A stretch of DNA of 63,149 nt, filler included, from Octopus bimaculoides (Eukaryota): assembly GCF_001194135.2 (NCBI RefSeq). It is 5 parts of 5 records of this genome, joined end to end, with 100 filler letters (N's around TTAATTAATTAA, not from the genome) between each part and the next. Parts side by side here need not be neighbours in the genome. Positions count along the whole stretch, not along the records: positions 26,862 to 41,808 come from NC_069003.1; positions 41,909 to 56,215 come from NC_068984.1; 3 more parts are not named here. One strand, written 5' to 3'. The translations under genes were made by a program, and so were the position numbers. Below the pieces are notes generated by a model that searched no databases, was not told the DNA's origin, and saw nothing but the letters and a program-made list of their open reading frames with translations. Positions 37,950-49,406 of the stretch are shown here, piece by piece (positions within the stretch are counted from its first letter, which is position 1; each line of letters begins with the position of its first letter).

Positions 37950-38310
37950 GTTTTGACTGCTATTTCGATGATGCTGCGTGACCACTAGGTGGTTTGCTCA
38001 GTGGCTTGCTCTGTGTCTCGCCATTTTGTTGTTATTTTTAGAATGTCGAGCGACTACGTGTAGCAGGTCTTCTCTGTTAGCTCATTAATTGGTTACTGCG
38101 TCTATTGGTCACGTAGACTCGTCATTTGCTTGTAATTTTTAACATGTCGAAGTAGCACATAGAGAACACTTCCGGTGCTTCGTCATTTGACCGGTATTTC
38201 TAGCATGTCAGTCGACCACGTTGAGGATCTTTTCATGAGCTCGTCAACTGTGGGGCTACGTGTAGCATACCGAGTGAGCACGTAGAGAGCATCCTCGAAG
38301 ACTAATAATA
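37950..38310. repeat. Degenerate array of about five copies of the family D terminal motif
   Basis: Variants of tatttctagcatgtcgagcgaccacgtagag near 37958, 38031, 38131, 38194 and 38258; the same motif occurs singly at 61095 and 61464. Confidence 0.6.
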
Positions 38311-38420
38311 AATCTTTACACTTCGCTAATTGTAATGAATGAGATACGGACTGTTTTAATGACGATTTGTTACATGATAGTAAAGGATTGGATCGACACC
38401 AATATACACCTGATATTATT

Positions 38421-39030
38421 AAGGCCGTGAACTGGTAAAATCGTTAGCATACCGGACAAAATGCTTAGCGGCATTTCATCCGTCTTTGCATCATAACTTC
38501 AAACTGCGCCGAGGTTAACTTCGGGGCCGATAAAATAAGTACCAGTTGAGCACGGGGATCGATGTAATCGACTTTGAAACTCCTCCCCTGAAATTGCTGT
38601 CCTTGTGCCAAATTTGAAACCAGTATTATTGGCCAAAATAAGGCGACGAGATGGCAGGATTGTTAGCATTATAAGTGGCATTTCGCCTGTCTTTACGTTC
38701 TTAGTTCAAATTCCTTTGGGGGGTTGATAAAATAAGAACCAGTTGAAAACTGGGGTCGATCCCCTGAAATTGCTAGCCTTGTGCCAAAATTAGAAACTAG
38801 TATTATTTGTCAAAATAAGATGGCGAGCTGGCAGGATCATTAACACGCTGGGCAAAATGCTTAGCGGCATTCCGTCCGTTTTTACGTTCTGAGTTCAAAT
38901 ACCACCGAGACCGACTTTATCCTTTCAGGATCGATAAAATAAATACCAATTGAGCACTGGGGGTCGATGTGATCGACTTATCCCCACTCACGAAATTGCT
39001 GGCCTTGTGCCAATATTTGAAATTAATACA
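38421..39030 (+). mobile_element. Head-to-tail trimer of SINE family A
   Basis: Units start near 38421, 38640 and 38818, joined by cagtattattggccaaaataag and ctagtattatttgtcaaaataag. Confidence 0.85.
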
Positions 39031-40292
39031 TAACTGAGAATACTGAAACCAACAAGAAGGCTTCTAGGTGGACATTTGACTGGCGACTAGAAATAGATAC
39101 CAAATCTCCATCAAAGTTGCTGGACTTATACTTAAATTAGAAACGATTATTATTATTGTTGATGATGTTGTTGACGTTATTGTTTGATCTTAATTCAAAC
39201 CTTAGGTAGAAATATGGTCAAATATGTTTCAGCCGTTGATTAGAGCAGACAAGGAGACGAACATCTTCCACTTCAACTTTACCATTGACGACAACAACAA
39301 CAACATCTACTACAACAACAACAACTACTACTACTACTACTACTACCAAATGCAGTTGATTGTACAGTTGAATATATAATTTTGATGTAACGAAAAAAAA
39401 TATAACGCTTCCGGCTGAGCTATTCATCAGAGAAAAAGACGAAATCTTTACTGATAAAACCATTGCTATTGGTTCTAATGTTTCATTCAAATATATTTGA
39501 ACGTTCAATCTGGAGGAGACAATTGTGCATGTGTCTAATGATAGACCGCCGGATTGATCAACTCAACAATACCAATTCCCCTCCTTACTTCCCCTTCTAA
39601 ACTACCCCAGCACCAGGCAGATATGCAATTGATCGACCTCCAGGGGTTGTGAAAGGAAAGATTGATCATGGCACCTTCTTACTATCTATCGATTTATTTA
39701 TATGAAATTCCTTTGCGTTTAGATAAGAAAACAAACTTCTACTTCAGTCTTACAATATTCAAAGGCGGAAGACAAAAAAAGTAAAGAAAAAAGAAAAAAG
39801 AAAAAAAGCAAGCTATTTCGAGAAAGTATTATAAATCAGTTGACACCAATACATAAGTACTGTTTCCAAAACGTTGCACCAAAGGTTATAAATCAAACAG
39901 ACAGGTTATATAGTCAGTGAGAAAGCAATAAACTTGCTCCATCGTTTTGATTAAGTGATATTTGTTTTGATTTCATTCTATCAAGCAGTTTTACACACGA
40001 AAAACACCACATACTAAGATTTTTGTTTTCTACTTCGTTTCCCCTCTTCAAAACAATCTCGTCTGTTCATACAAATATAAACAACAGTAGTTGAAACCTA
40101 ATACCTTCTGCTCGGAATTCTATCTATAAATATTCATATGTATGAATACACAAGCATATATGTGTTTGTCTACCTATTTCTATATCACTGTCTATCAATC
40201 TAATCCATCTACTTATCCATTGATCTATCTGTCTATCTACGTATTCATTTATCTCTACGTATATGGATTGAATATTGTCCGCGTCCTATGTA

Positions 40293-40339
<47 letters not shown>

Positions 40340-40701
40340 AAGCATTATGGAAAATATTATATATAATACATACATATATATATGTATGTTTGTATTATAT
40401 ATAATATTTCCCATAAAGCTTTTATTAAGGGACACTTCCTTCATCGAGTACCAACTAGAGATCAACACGATTTCGATACTTTCCCAGGAGTATCTCCCTC
40501 CCCTAGAAGTGCCGAATAGCATTGATGCTACAAGTGAATATCTGGGTTCTTTAGGCTCGCACAGGAACAAGTTTTTCCTTGTTATTCTATGCAGCCACTA
40601 TCTTTAACCCTACTAGAGCTGGATATTTTAATCTCTTATCTACTCTAAACTTGTAGCAAAAATTTCGAGGCAATCAATTATATGCCTCCCGTTTATACAT
40701 C

Positions 40702-40797
<96 letters not shown>

Positions 40798-41753
40798 TAT
40801 GTACATACATATATATACAGATATAATATACACATACGTATATATGCATATCTGCACATGTATATCTTACACGTATCTCTCTTTCTCTCACTATCTCTTT
40901 CTATATATATGCGTGTGTGTGTATGTGTACATATGTGTGTGCATGTGTGTATGTGTGCGCGTGCGTGGTGTGTAATTGTCCAGTAAATTTTTACCAAGTC
41001 AGGAAACAAACAGGCACTCGTATATTAGACGATACAAAGTGTACATTATTATTATTATTTATATAGTTACATAGTGCCATAACAGCAAATTTATGTTACC
41101 GAACGGTTTCATGTTAACACCCATCGGAAAGTGGAGAGGCTAATTAGCAATCATCGAACATAATTAAATGGAAAAGTATACCTTCCGCTCTGATCTACAG
41201 GAAGTCATAAAATACTCCACCTGGTTTATGCATTCCCAAGGAAATCGCCTCAGCGATAGTGGGGCACAGGATTTGGAGCGACTGAGCAGGTTTGGAGTGC
41301 GGATATGCATGGTTTGGGAAGTTTAAGTAGTTTTAAAGTGGAACTTGCTGGATGTTGGGTGTAACGGCCCGTACATTATTGATATTTAGAGGAATGAATG
41401 CCGTAGGAGAGAGACACAGACCCTGGCAATATTTGCCTAAACTACCAAGCAGTGGAATTGAAACTGAGGATTCGATATTGCTAAGTGAACATCTAACCCG
41501 TTCGTCCATGGCGCGCCGACGTGCACACACTAGAGCACAAATGTATATGTATATATACATATACGCTTACGCGTAAGAACAGGTACACACACACGCACGC
41601 ACACACATGCACACATACACACGTACATATGTACGTATGTATGTACGTATGTATGTATGTATGTATATATGTATGTATCTGTCTGTATGTCTGTCTATCT
41701 GCTTATATGTTTGTCTGTCGGTTTGTATGTATCCTTGTGAATGTGTCTGTTTG

Positions 41754-41808
<55 letters not shown>

Positions 41809-41909
41809 NNNNNNNNNNNNNNNNNNNNNNNNNNNNNNNNNNNNNNNNNNNNTTAATTAATTAANNNNNNNNNNNNNNNNNNNNNNNNNNNNNNNNNNNN
41901 NNNNNNNNA

Positions 41910-42061
41910 TCAACATGGAATCAAAAACCTGGAAGAAAGGTGGCTTCAGACGCTGCAACACGATGGCCTCCACTTTGAATGCCAGGCCGTTTTTCTCGTA
42001 ATCTGACGAACAAAGCAAATAAGTTACCAAAATATTGCAAAACTTTTGACTCAGCACAGTG

Positions 42062-42062
<1 letters not shown>
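41910..42062 (+). mobile_element. Mariner-type transposon 3' end
   Basis: QHGIKNLEERWLQTLQHDGLHFE resembles the mariner GIxxLxERWxxxxxxDGxYFE C-terminus. It is followed by a TIR-like end, aaaacttttgactcagcacagtgTA. Confidence 0.6.
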
Positions 42063-42093
<31 letters not shown>

Positions 42094-42124
42094 TGTATGT
42101 ATGTATGTATGTATGTATGTATAC

Positions 42125-42163
<39 letters not shown>

Positions 42164-43224
42164 CATATATACGTGTGTGTGTGTGTATGTATGCATGTAT
42201 GTATGTATGTCTTAGTCGAGAAGCCACAGTGACTTACAATCTTCAGATCTAGAGGCATGTACCAACGCCATATACTTTCTCCGATGCTCTTCCACTTTAT
42301 TAAATTAAATAGCTGACAATATTTAATTGATTCTATATTACGTGTTCAAATCTAACCGGAGTATTTGCTCAATTCAGCCTCGACTCCCATTGCTCCGGAG
42401 TTGATAAAGCGCGTACCGGAGCTCAAGTTCTGCTCTTCCCCATTTCAGGAAATCTATGAATCGTAAGAAATTTGGATTTGTTTGATTTCCTCAGGAGCTG
42501 GAATATAATGATTCTTCTGAACGTTCGACATTCTAAATCCTTCTCATTGTTAATCTCTCATAGGAAACAGTCTCAAGACATGGAGACAAAGATTCGAAAT
42601 TAGAACTGTCCCGAGATATTCAAGATCTCCAGGACGTCTATGGTTCAATGAAACCCTAACATACATATTGTTCATCGTTTAGCAATTCTTTAAATAATTT
42701 CTTTACCTATTGTGTCCGTTCCCAGGAAAACAAGGGGAAACTTGTTCCTTTAGCTTTGGTTTTAAACCGACAATTGTGAAAGAAATTTGATTTGATGCTG
42801 ATCTCAACTAATGTGTCTTTTGTTGGAAAATAAAAGAACTAGAACTCAATAAACAGCATAAATGCTCACAAGATTGCTTTTACGGTTGACCACCAGCAAA
42901 TCTATTAGATTTGAAGTATTGTAATTTAAACATTAAAGCAGAAACTGACGTGTAGTAACTTGAAAAAAAAAAGGTTTTGACGTGTGGCAGCTTGAAAAAC
43001 TTATTGTAAATGGAAGAGAAAGAAATATAGCCACGACATTAGAAAGTTCATTTCGCATTTGGTGGTTCCGTGTTCGTTTCCGTGTCATCTCATCATCATC
43101 GTGTACAGTTTCTTTGTCGTTTACCAGACGTGTGTTGATTAGAATCTCGTAAATGGAATTTGTTAGACAGAAACTGGGTCAAAGGTTGTTGCGTGTCTAT
43201 CTATATAAGCAAACACACACACAC

Positions 43225-44575
43225 ACGGTATCGTCCGAGAATATACATGGACTTTAATTTATATTTATTTTTAGATTTAAACCACCAGAAGTAAAGATGG
43301 ATGCCAGACTAAGCTTTTTGCAAGGGAAATTTATTTGAAAGTATTACTGGAAGTTTGGAAACGTTGCAGATGTGCAAACATAATTTAGGAAGGAGTCTCA
43401 AAGAGATCCACCTACGCGACTTATCCATCATTCGAATTAGAGATAAGTTTGAAACGGAAGATGGAGATGTTCAGAATGTCCAGAAGAGGCATCGACGTGT
43501 CCCTCAAAGCAAGAAAGATTCTAGAGACGTATTGCCAGAGTTCAAGAAAGTTTGTGCGGCAAACAGGAATTTCAAAATCAAGTGTCGATCGCATTTTGAA
43601 TTGTCATTGGAAAAGTTACACTCCAAGAATGGTCCATGCTCTCAATGAGGGTGAACCAGACTGAAGAGTGGAATTTTGCTAGATGTGTAAAAGATGCACA
43701 CTTCCCAATAAAGATTGATGAAGCTACAATTACATTTACCTGGGACCTGTAAATCAGCATATTACGGAGAAATATCACATTAATTTACCAGGTGTGACTG
43801 TATGGTGCGGTTTATTATCAAAGAGATTAACTGGACCAGTTTTTATTTTTAACGGTACTGTGACTAGTTCTATTTCTTATTTCTTTATTGCCCACAAGGG
43901 GCTAAACATAGAGGGGACAAACAAGGACAGACAAACAGATTAAGTCGATTACATCGACCCCAGCGCATAACTGGTACTTAATTTATCGACCCCGAAAGGA
44001 TGAAAGGCAAAGTCGACCTCGGTGGAATTTGAACTCAGAACGTAACGGCAGAAGAAATACTGCTCATCATTTCGCCCGACGTGCTAACGGTTCCGCCAGG
44101 TCGCCGCCTTCTCGTTCTATTTTTATGAACTTGCAGCGACAGATATGCCAAGCATATATGAAATCTTTGAAGATGTGAAATTTTATTTCCAGTAAGATGG
44201 GGCACCCCCACACTATCATGGCAATGTAAAAAGCCTACTTCGATGAGATTTTGCCAAACATATCGATTGGATGAAGAGACTCAGAGTCTCCACATTCACA
44301 CCTCTGGACTTCTTTTATGGGGACACTTCAGGGATAAAGTTTATGGGCATAAGACTGCCGAAGGTCGACGAATCTAAGGTAACTATTGAAAGAGAAAGTT
44401 CATAAATAGCGGACGAAATGTTTCCTGATGTTTTCGACGCCATTGCTTCGCGTTATTAGCAGTGCCTCTACAAGAACGGTCATCAGTTTGAAAACAGGCG
44501 TTCATGGAAAAAAGATTTTATGAAATGTAATTTTTTTCAATCTACAGAGAAAGGTAAATTTGACAAAAAAATTTA
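43225..44575 (+). mobile_element. Tc1/mariner DD41D (rosa/VS-type) transposase pseudogene
   Basis: MDARLSF..RDPPTRL/IIRIRDKFET (DUF4817-like HTH), TGISKSSVDRIL..WKSYTPRMVHALNE, GVTVWCGLLSKRLTGPV, FYFQ*DGAPPHYH..DEILPN..IG, LDFFLWGHFRDKVY. The second-to-third Asp spacing fits ~41 aa once small deletions are allowed for. Confidence 0.85.
43876..44113 (-). mobile_element. SINE family A inserted into the transposase, with 9-bp TSD
   Basis: Full-length reverse copy flanked by GTTCTATTT at 43867-43875 and 44114-44122. Confidence 0.9.
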
Positions 44576-44590
44576 TATCAACTACATAGG

Positions 44591-44593
<3 letters not shown>

Positions 44594-44657
<64 letters not shown>
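44594..44657. repeat. (CA)n microsatellite
   Basis: Direct inspection. Confidence 0.97.
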
Positions 44658-44659
<2 letters not shown>

Positions 44660-44676
44660 TCACACACGCACGCACA

Positions 44677-44820
44677 GTTTATAAGGAATAAATCAGAACA
44701 ATAAAGAGTAAACGTAGATAGAAGAATAGAGACAGGAGAACTTTTATTCTCCTGTCTATATTCTTCTATCTGCTGTTTTAATCTTTATTCATCTATCTAC
44801 TATTTTATTCCTTTATAAAC
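44677..44820. repeat. Imperfect inverted repeat (~140-bp hairpin)
   Basis: agatagaagaatagagacaggagaa-[ctttta]-ttctcctgtctatattcttctatct pairs at 24 of 25 positions; the outer arms gtttataaggaataaa / ttttattcctttataaac also pair. Confidence 0.9.
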
Positions 44821-44855
44821 TGTGAGTCTCCCTGTCTTTCATACATACTCAACGT

Positions 44856-44931
44856 GTCTCTGATGACTGAATACCCAGTGTACGGACATGCCAGCCGATC
44901 ACTTGGGATATCCCAGAAACAGCTGTAAGAC
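44856..44931 (+). ncRNA. Type I hammerhead ribozyme candidate (Penelope-like terminal-repeat type)
   Basis: Stem I GTCT(44856-59)/AGAC(44928-31); core CTGATGA(44860-66); bulged stem II tgaatacccagtg/cacttgggatatccca; GAAA(44916-19); palindromic stem III A-CAGCTG-T; cleavage triplet GUA(44925-27). Confidence 0.75.
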
Positions 44932-45401
44932 TTCAAATTCACCTTACCCTAAATCATAATAAATGACTTGAAATACACGTCCTACTTTGGGTCTTGTTGT
45001 CCTTTTCCTCTAATATAATATATACCTGCAAAACCAGAAGCCTACTACGGATCCCTAGCCCCAGCCTCAGCCGTAAACTTGGAACCTAACGGATGACCAA
45101 TTATAGCACTTACTCAGCATACCTATTCGTTTAGATTACCAATAAACTAAACCCCTCATATTCTCTCTCTCTCCCTCTCCCCCTCTCTCTATATATATAT
45201 GTATAAAAATTTTTTGGACTAATTGGTATATGTCAATTAGTTTGTTGATGTGTTGAACAAAGCACTGGCACAGTTTGGGTTACCTGGTGTCACCCACAGT
45301 TGGGGTATATTTCCGTTGGATCTAGTTCAGGAATTCCGCAGTGTTGAGATAATTATCGATTAAGGAAACAGAAGATGGATTTGGTATTAGTCTTTTTCCA
45401 G

Positions 45402-45500
45402 TACGATGATTGTTTCGACCCGTCCTGCAACCGTGCTCCATGGGTCGGATGCTGTGCATCATGTGGTGCTGCATCAGTTTCGCAGTCTGAGTCGGGTCAG
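45402..45500 (+). CDS. Candidate 99-nt internal exon, unknown product
   Basis: tctttttccag|TACGATG...GGTCAG|gtacac; a GC/CpG-rich island. Two frames are open (YDDCFDPSCNRAPWVGCCASCG.. or TMIVSTRPATVLHGSDAVHHVVLHQFRSLSRV). Confidence 0.3.
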
Positions 45501-46424
45501 GTACACGTGTACATAAAGTGGTGTCCCGCTGAAATATTGAGTTCAGGGAATCATGCTGGTTTTTTTTCATAGCAAATAATTGTAAATATAAACGTATAAA
45601 CTGTAGAAAAGAGAAAGTATACAAGAACGTGTATGGGGGGAAAATATAGATAGGGTGAGACCTGTTAAAGAAGGATTAGATTGTATTAAGAGAGGGAGGA
45701 GTACTACACTTGTTAACATGGAGGAATGTGTACAGACACACACACACATACACACACGCAGGGACATAGACACCCACTCTCACCTTGAGCCACGTACGTC
45801 GTAAAGTCTTACAGTCCTACTATTTATGATCGGGAAATGAAGAGAGTAAAGATCTGTCATATATGAGGTTGTTTGTTATGGCTGCTCGGAAAGTGACCAT
45901 TGGTTTCGCACCTACAAAGTGTGTGGCTGTATAGGCGAGTCGTCGGACTGAAATGACCACTTGAGTCTTATGAGTCGCCTAATGATGTAGAGTGTGTCTC
46001 TTTTTCGGACACAGGAAATTCTGACCGATATGCATGTATGTATGTATGTATGCATGTATGTTTGTAAGTATGCATGTATGTATGTATGTATGTATGTATG
46101 TATGTATGTATGCATGTATTCATGTATGCTTGTATGTATGTGTGTATGTAGGTATGTATGCATGTGCGTATGTATGTATGTATGTATGTATGTATGTATG
46201 TACGCATGTATGTATGTACGCATGTATGTGTGTGTATGTGTATATGTATGTATGTACGCATGTATGTGTGTGTATGTGTGTATGTACGAATGTGAGATGT
46301 TCGTTGGGTGTGTATATGTGTGGGGATGATATGAAGTGAAGTGTTGTGGGTCAATTGTTGTCTTACTACAATGTGGGTGAAAATAGCAGTAGGAGTTTTA
46401 TATCTACTACATAGGTTCACACAT

Positions 46425-46474
<50 letters not shown>

Positions 46475-46653
46475 NNNNNNNNNNNNNNNNNNNNNNNNNN
46501 NNNNNNNNNNNNNNNNNNNNNNNNNNNNNNNNNNNNNNNNNNNNNNNNNNNNNNNNNNNNNNNNNNNNNNNNNNNNNNNNNNNNNNNNNNNNNNNNNNNN
46601 NNNNNNNNNNNNNNNNNNNNNNNNNNNNNNNNNNNNNNNNNNNNNNNNNNNNN

Positions 46654-46682
<29 letters not shown>

Positions 46683-46686
<4 letters not shown>

Positions 46687-46850
46687 TCGTATGCCTATCA
46701 TGAAACTACAATATTCATGAATCTAGGCGCATGTGATAATTGATTCATCTTCTTCAGATATTTATTATTAATGTTTCATGTTTAATTATTTTTCAAAATG
46801 TTGTTCAAACAGCCGCCATTTGTCAGTTATTTGGGTTCCATTTTTTCCTT
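46683..46850 (-). mobile_element. Possible Tc1/mariner 3'-terminal remnant
   Basis: Minus strand acaaatggcggctgtttgaacaacattttga resembles the NGGxFE transposase C-terminus followed by an AT-rich tail. Confidence 0.35.
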
Positions 46851-47442
46851 CACATGTTTGCTCTATAAATCAATAAGAACAGAATATTCATGTCTAATGT
46901 ATGAGTGGTTTAACACCTTTCTATTCTAATAGCTTTTCATTGCTCCATTGCAGGGGAAGCTTGCATTTTTCATGAACATTCCATCAACAAGTACTTTATA
47001 TATACATATACATAAACATATACATACATACATATGTATATATGTAAATGGAAAATAGGTGTTCATTTATGTATTTCAGGTTAAACCCTTTTAATAAATC
47101 TTATCAGTTCCAGGAACCTTCTAAAACCTATCGATATACAGAAAGCTTTATTAATGGTGTGAAGCTGTTAAAATGCTATTACTGGAGCGATTTGCATGAG
47201 CTTGTTAGTTTAGACGCAATGAATATTAAGGAGAACAAGCTGAGGATTTCTTGTTAATGTTGACACAGTGTTAGTGTGTCTGGCGCGTGAATACAAAGGC
47301 TGATAATCCAAGCGGATGATGATCCCTTATTACTTGATACATGCGCGCGCGCGCACACACACGTGCACGTGCGCGCATAAAACGAGACATACAAATCTGC
47401 TCATGCATGGATTCCAAATACTGCGCATACATACATACATAC

Positions 47443-47557
47443 AGATAAAAACATCCTGTTGATGTTGAAATTCCAATGAAGGGAGCTTGGATCTAGGTTA
47501 GAAACCGGTTCTTTCTCTATTGGCAAGAAATCTTGAAATAAACTGAATAATGACATA
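47443..47557 (+). mobile_element. 3' UTR fragment of the (TACA)-tailed Dong-like LINE
   Basis: cctgttgatgttgaaattccaatgaagggagcttggatctaggttagaaaccggttctttctctattggcaagaaatcttgaaataaactgaataatgac, preceded by (CATA)n. Confidence 0.85.
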
Positions 47558-48094
47558 TACACACACGTACACACAACGTGCACACACACACACACACACA
47601 CACATGTAAGGAATACTGGCAGAGTCCCAAACATCGACTCACTGCCTAGGAATCGAACCTGAATTATTGAATTCAAACTTAAAGACAATGAAGCAATTCG
47701 AAACTCTGATCTAGATTTTGCTATGAGTCCCTTTCTGTTGATCTTGGTACTTGCACTAAGGAATTTACGAGAGTCAGCTGTCATATTAGGATAAGTCCTA
47801 TTGTTTCTTGAAGATCCTTAAATGAAATACTGTTCAAAGCAGATCAAAAACGAAGAATCTTTTGTTTTGCTTAATTTCAGTAGAAGAATATCATAAATGC
47901 ATTAGCAACAGACTGTAGCAGGTCTTGTTTGCTGTTTACCAAATATTCTGACATGTTTCTGCCACGTACGCTAATCGGCCTACGTCCACCTTTCCCCCTG
48001 TTCATGTAGAGCCTGTGTGCGTTTGCCTTAGGGTGGAGGGCACCATGCATTGTCATTGTTTTTCTCTTTCGCGTAGTGCGATTGAGTTGGTTAA

Positions 48095-48198
48095 TTCTTC
48101 TTCTTCTTCTTCTTCTTCTTCTTCTTCTTCTTCTTCTTCTTCTTCTTCTTCTTCTTCTTCTTCTTCTTCTTCTTCTTCTTCTTCTTCTTCTTCTTCTT

Positions 48199-48282
<84 letters not shown>
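48095..48282. repeat. Compound (TTC)n(TTA)n microsatellite
   Basis: TTC at 48095-48226, then TTA to 48282. Confidence 0.97.
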
Positions 48283-49406
48283 TTGGTTTGGCTCGGGTTC
48301 GGTCTTATTCCTGGTTGGAATTATGTGAGTAGCAGGTCACTGCCTGTAACCATAGGTATCTACAAGTTTTCAGCTGTCTTTCAAGAGCTTAGAACTTGAA
48401 ATCCTTGCTGTCCCTAAGAGACAAATTTTCTGTAGGAGTTCTACTGGGCATTCTATTCCAATCTCCTTCTGCCATTTGTCTATATCTTGGCTTACTTTTC
48501 CCAACGCACCAATTATTATAGGTACGACCTATACTATTCTCATGCTCCAAATTCTTCCTATTTCAAACTTTAAGGGATTATATTTTTTTTGTCTTTCTTC
48601 CTCTTTCTTTACGATCCTAGAATCAAACGGGAATGATGGGTCGATAAGTAAGCAACTTCGCTTTTTCTTTATCTACAATCGTTATATCTGGTCTATTATT
48701 TCCTAATTTCTTGTCCGTTTGAATAGGAAAGTCCCACAAAATCTTACATTTTTCCGACTCCAGTACTCTTTCGACTCGATGATTGTACCATGTGTTTCTA
48801 GCTTCAAATCTCCATTTCTAGTAGTTTCCGGTGTAAAACCTTTACAACCCTGTCGTGCTTCCATTTCTGATATTCTTCTTGTGCCAGCTTGGGACATTCT
48901 GCCATAATGTGTGCCAGTTTCGTTCCAAGTTCCACAGGCTCTACATCCTTCTGACACATTCTCTCCATATATATATTTTTTCTCAAGTTGTTTGTTTCTT
49001 TCACTTCATCTTGGGCTGCTACAATTAGGTTCTTTGTTTCTTTTTTTAATTGCTCCCTTTTTAACCAAGTCCATTTTAAAACCAAGTTGCACCCTTTTTA
49101 ACCAAGTTCCACATACATCTTCAGCGGCTCTCCAAAATTGGCCATATAGAGGTTTCTCTTTGATCTGTCTGATGTACTCTCTTTCTATTTCGTTCTTGTC
49201 CTTTTCTCCTATTTCGTTCTTGTCCTTTTCTCCTATTATCTGCTTCATCACCTGTTCTTTATTCGCTGTCTCTTGTACATTTTCTTTGCTGTCTTGTAAA
49301 TACTCTCCGAGACTTTCTCTTTCCATCCGTGCATATTCTCTCCTCAAGTACAGCTGTTTCATATCAGCTTTCTAATAGTGGGCTCCATACATCGTCAACA
49401 ACTTCC
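48283..49406 (-). mobile_element. R4/Dong-clade LINE 3' portion (CCHC finger plus REL endonuclease), (TAA)n tail
   Basis: WLKREQLKKETKNLIVAAQD..HIMAECPKLAQEEYQKWKHDRV..LH and CLLIDPSFPFD..KY..LKFEIGRIW..VVPIIIGALG..LLGTARI. The 3' end runs into (AAT)n; the 5' end is lost in a gap. Confidence 0.9.

Noticed and set aside
37950-38310. CRISPR-like repeat-spacer appearance
   Set aside because: Eukaryotic context, highly divergent repeats, irregular spacing and no cas genes; the motif is a SINE-like element end.
40420-40620. Complex segment with short ORFs on both strands
   Set aside because: The ORFs are extended by the adjacent (TA)n, splice signals are weak and no motif is recognisable.
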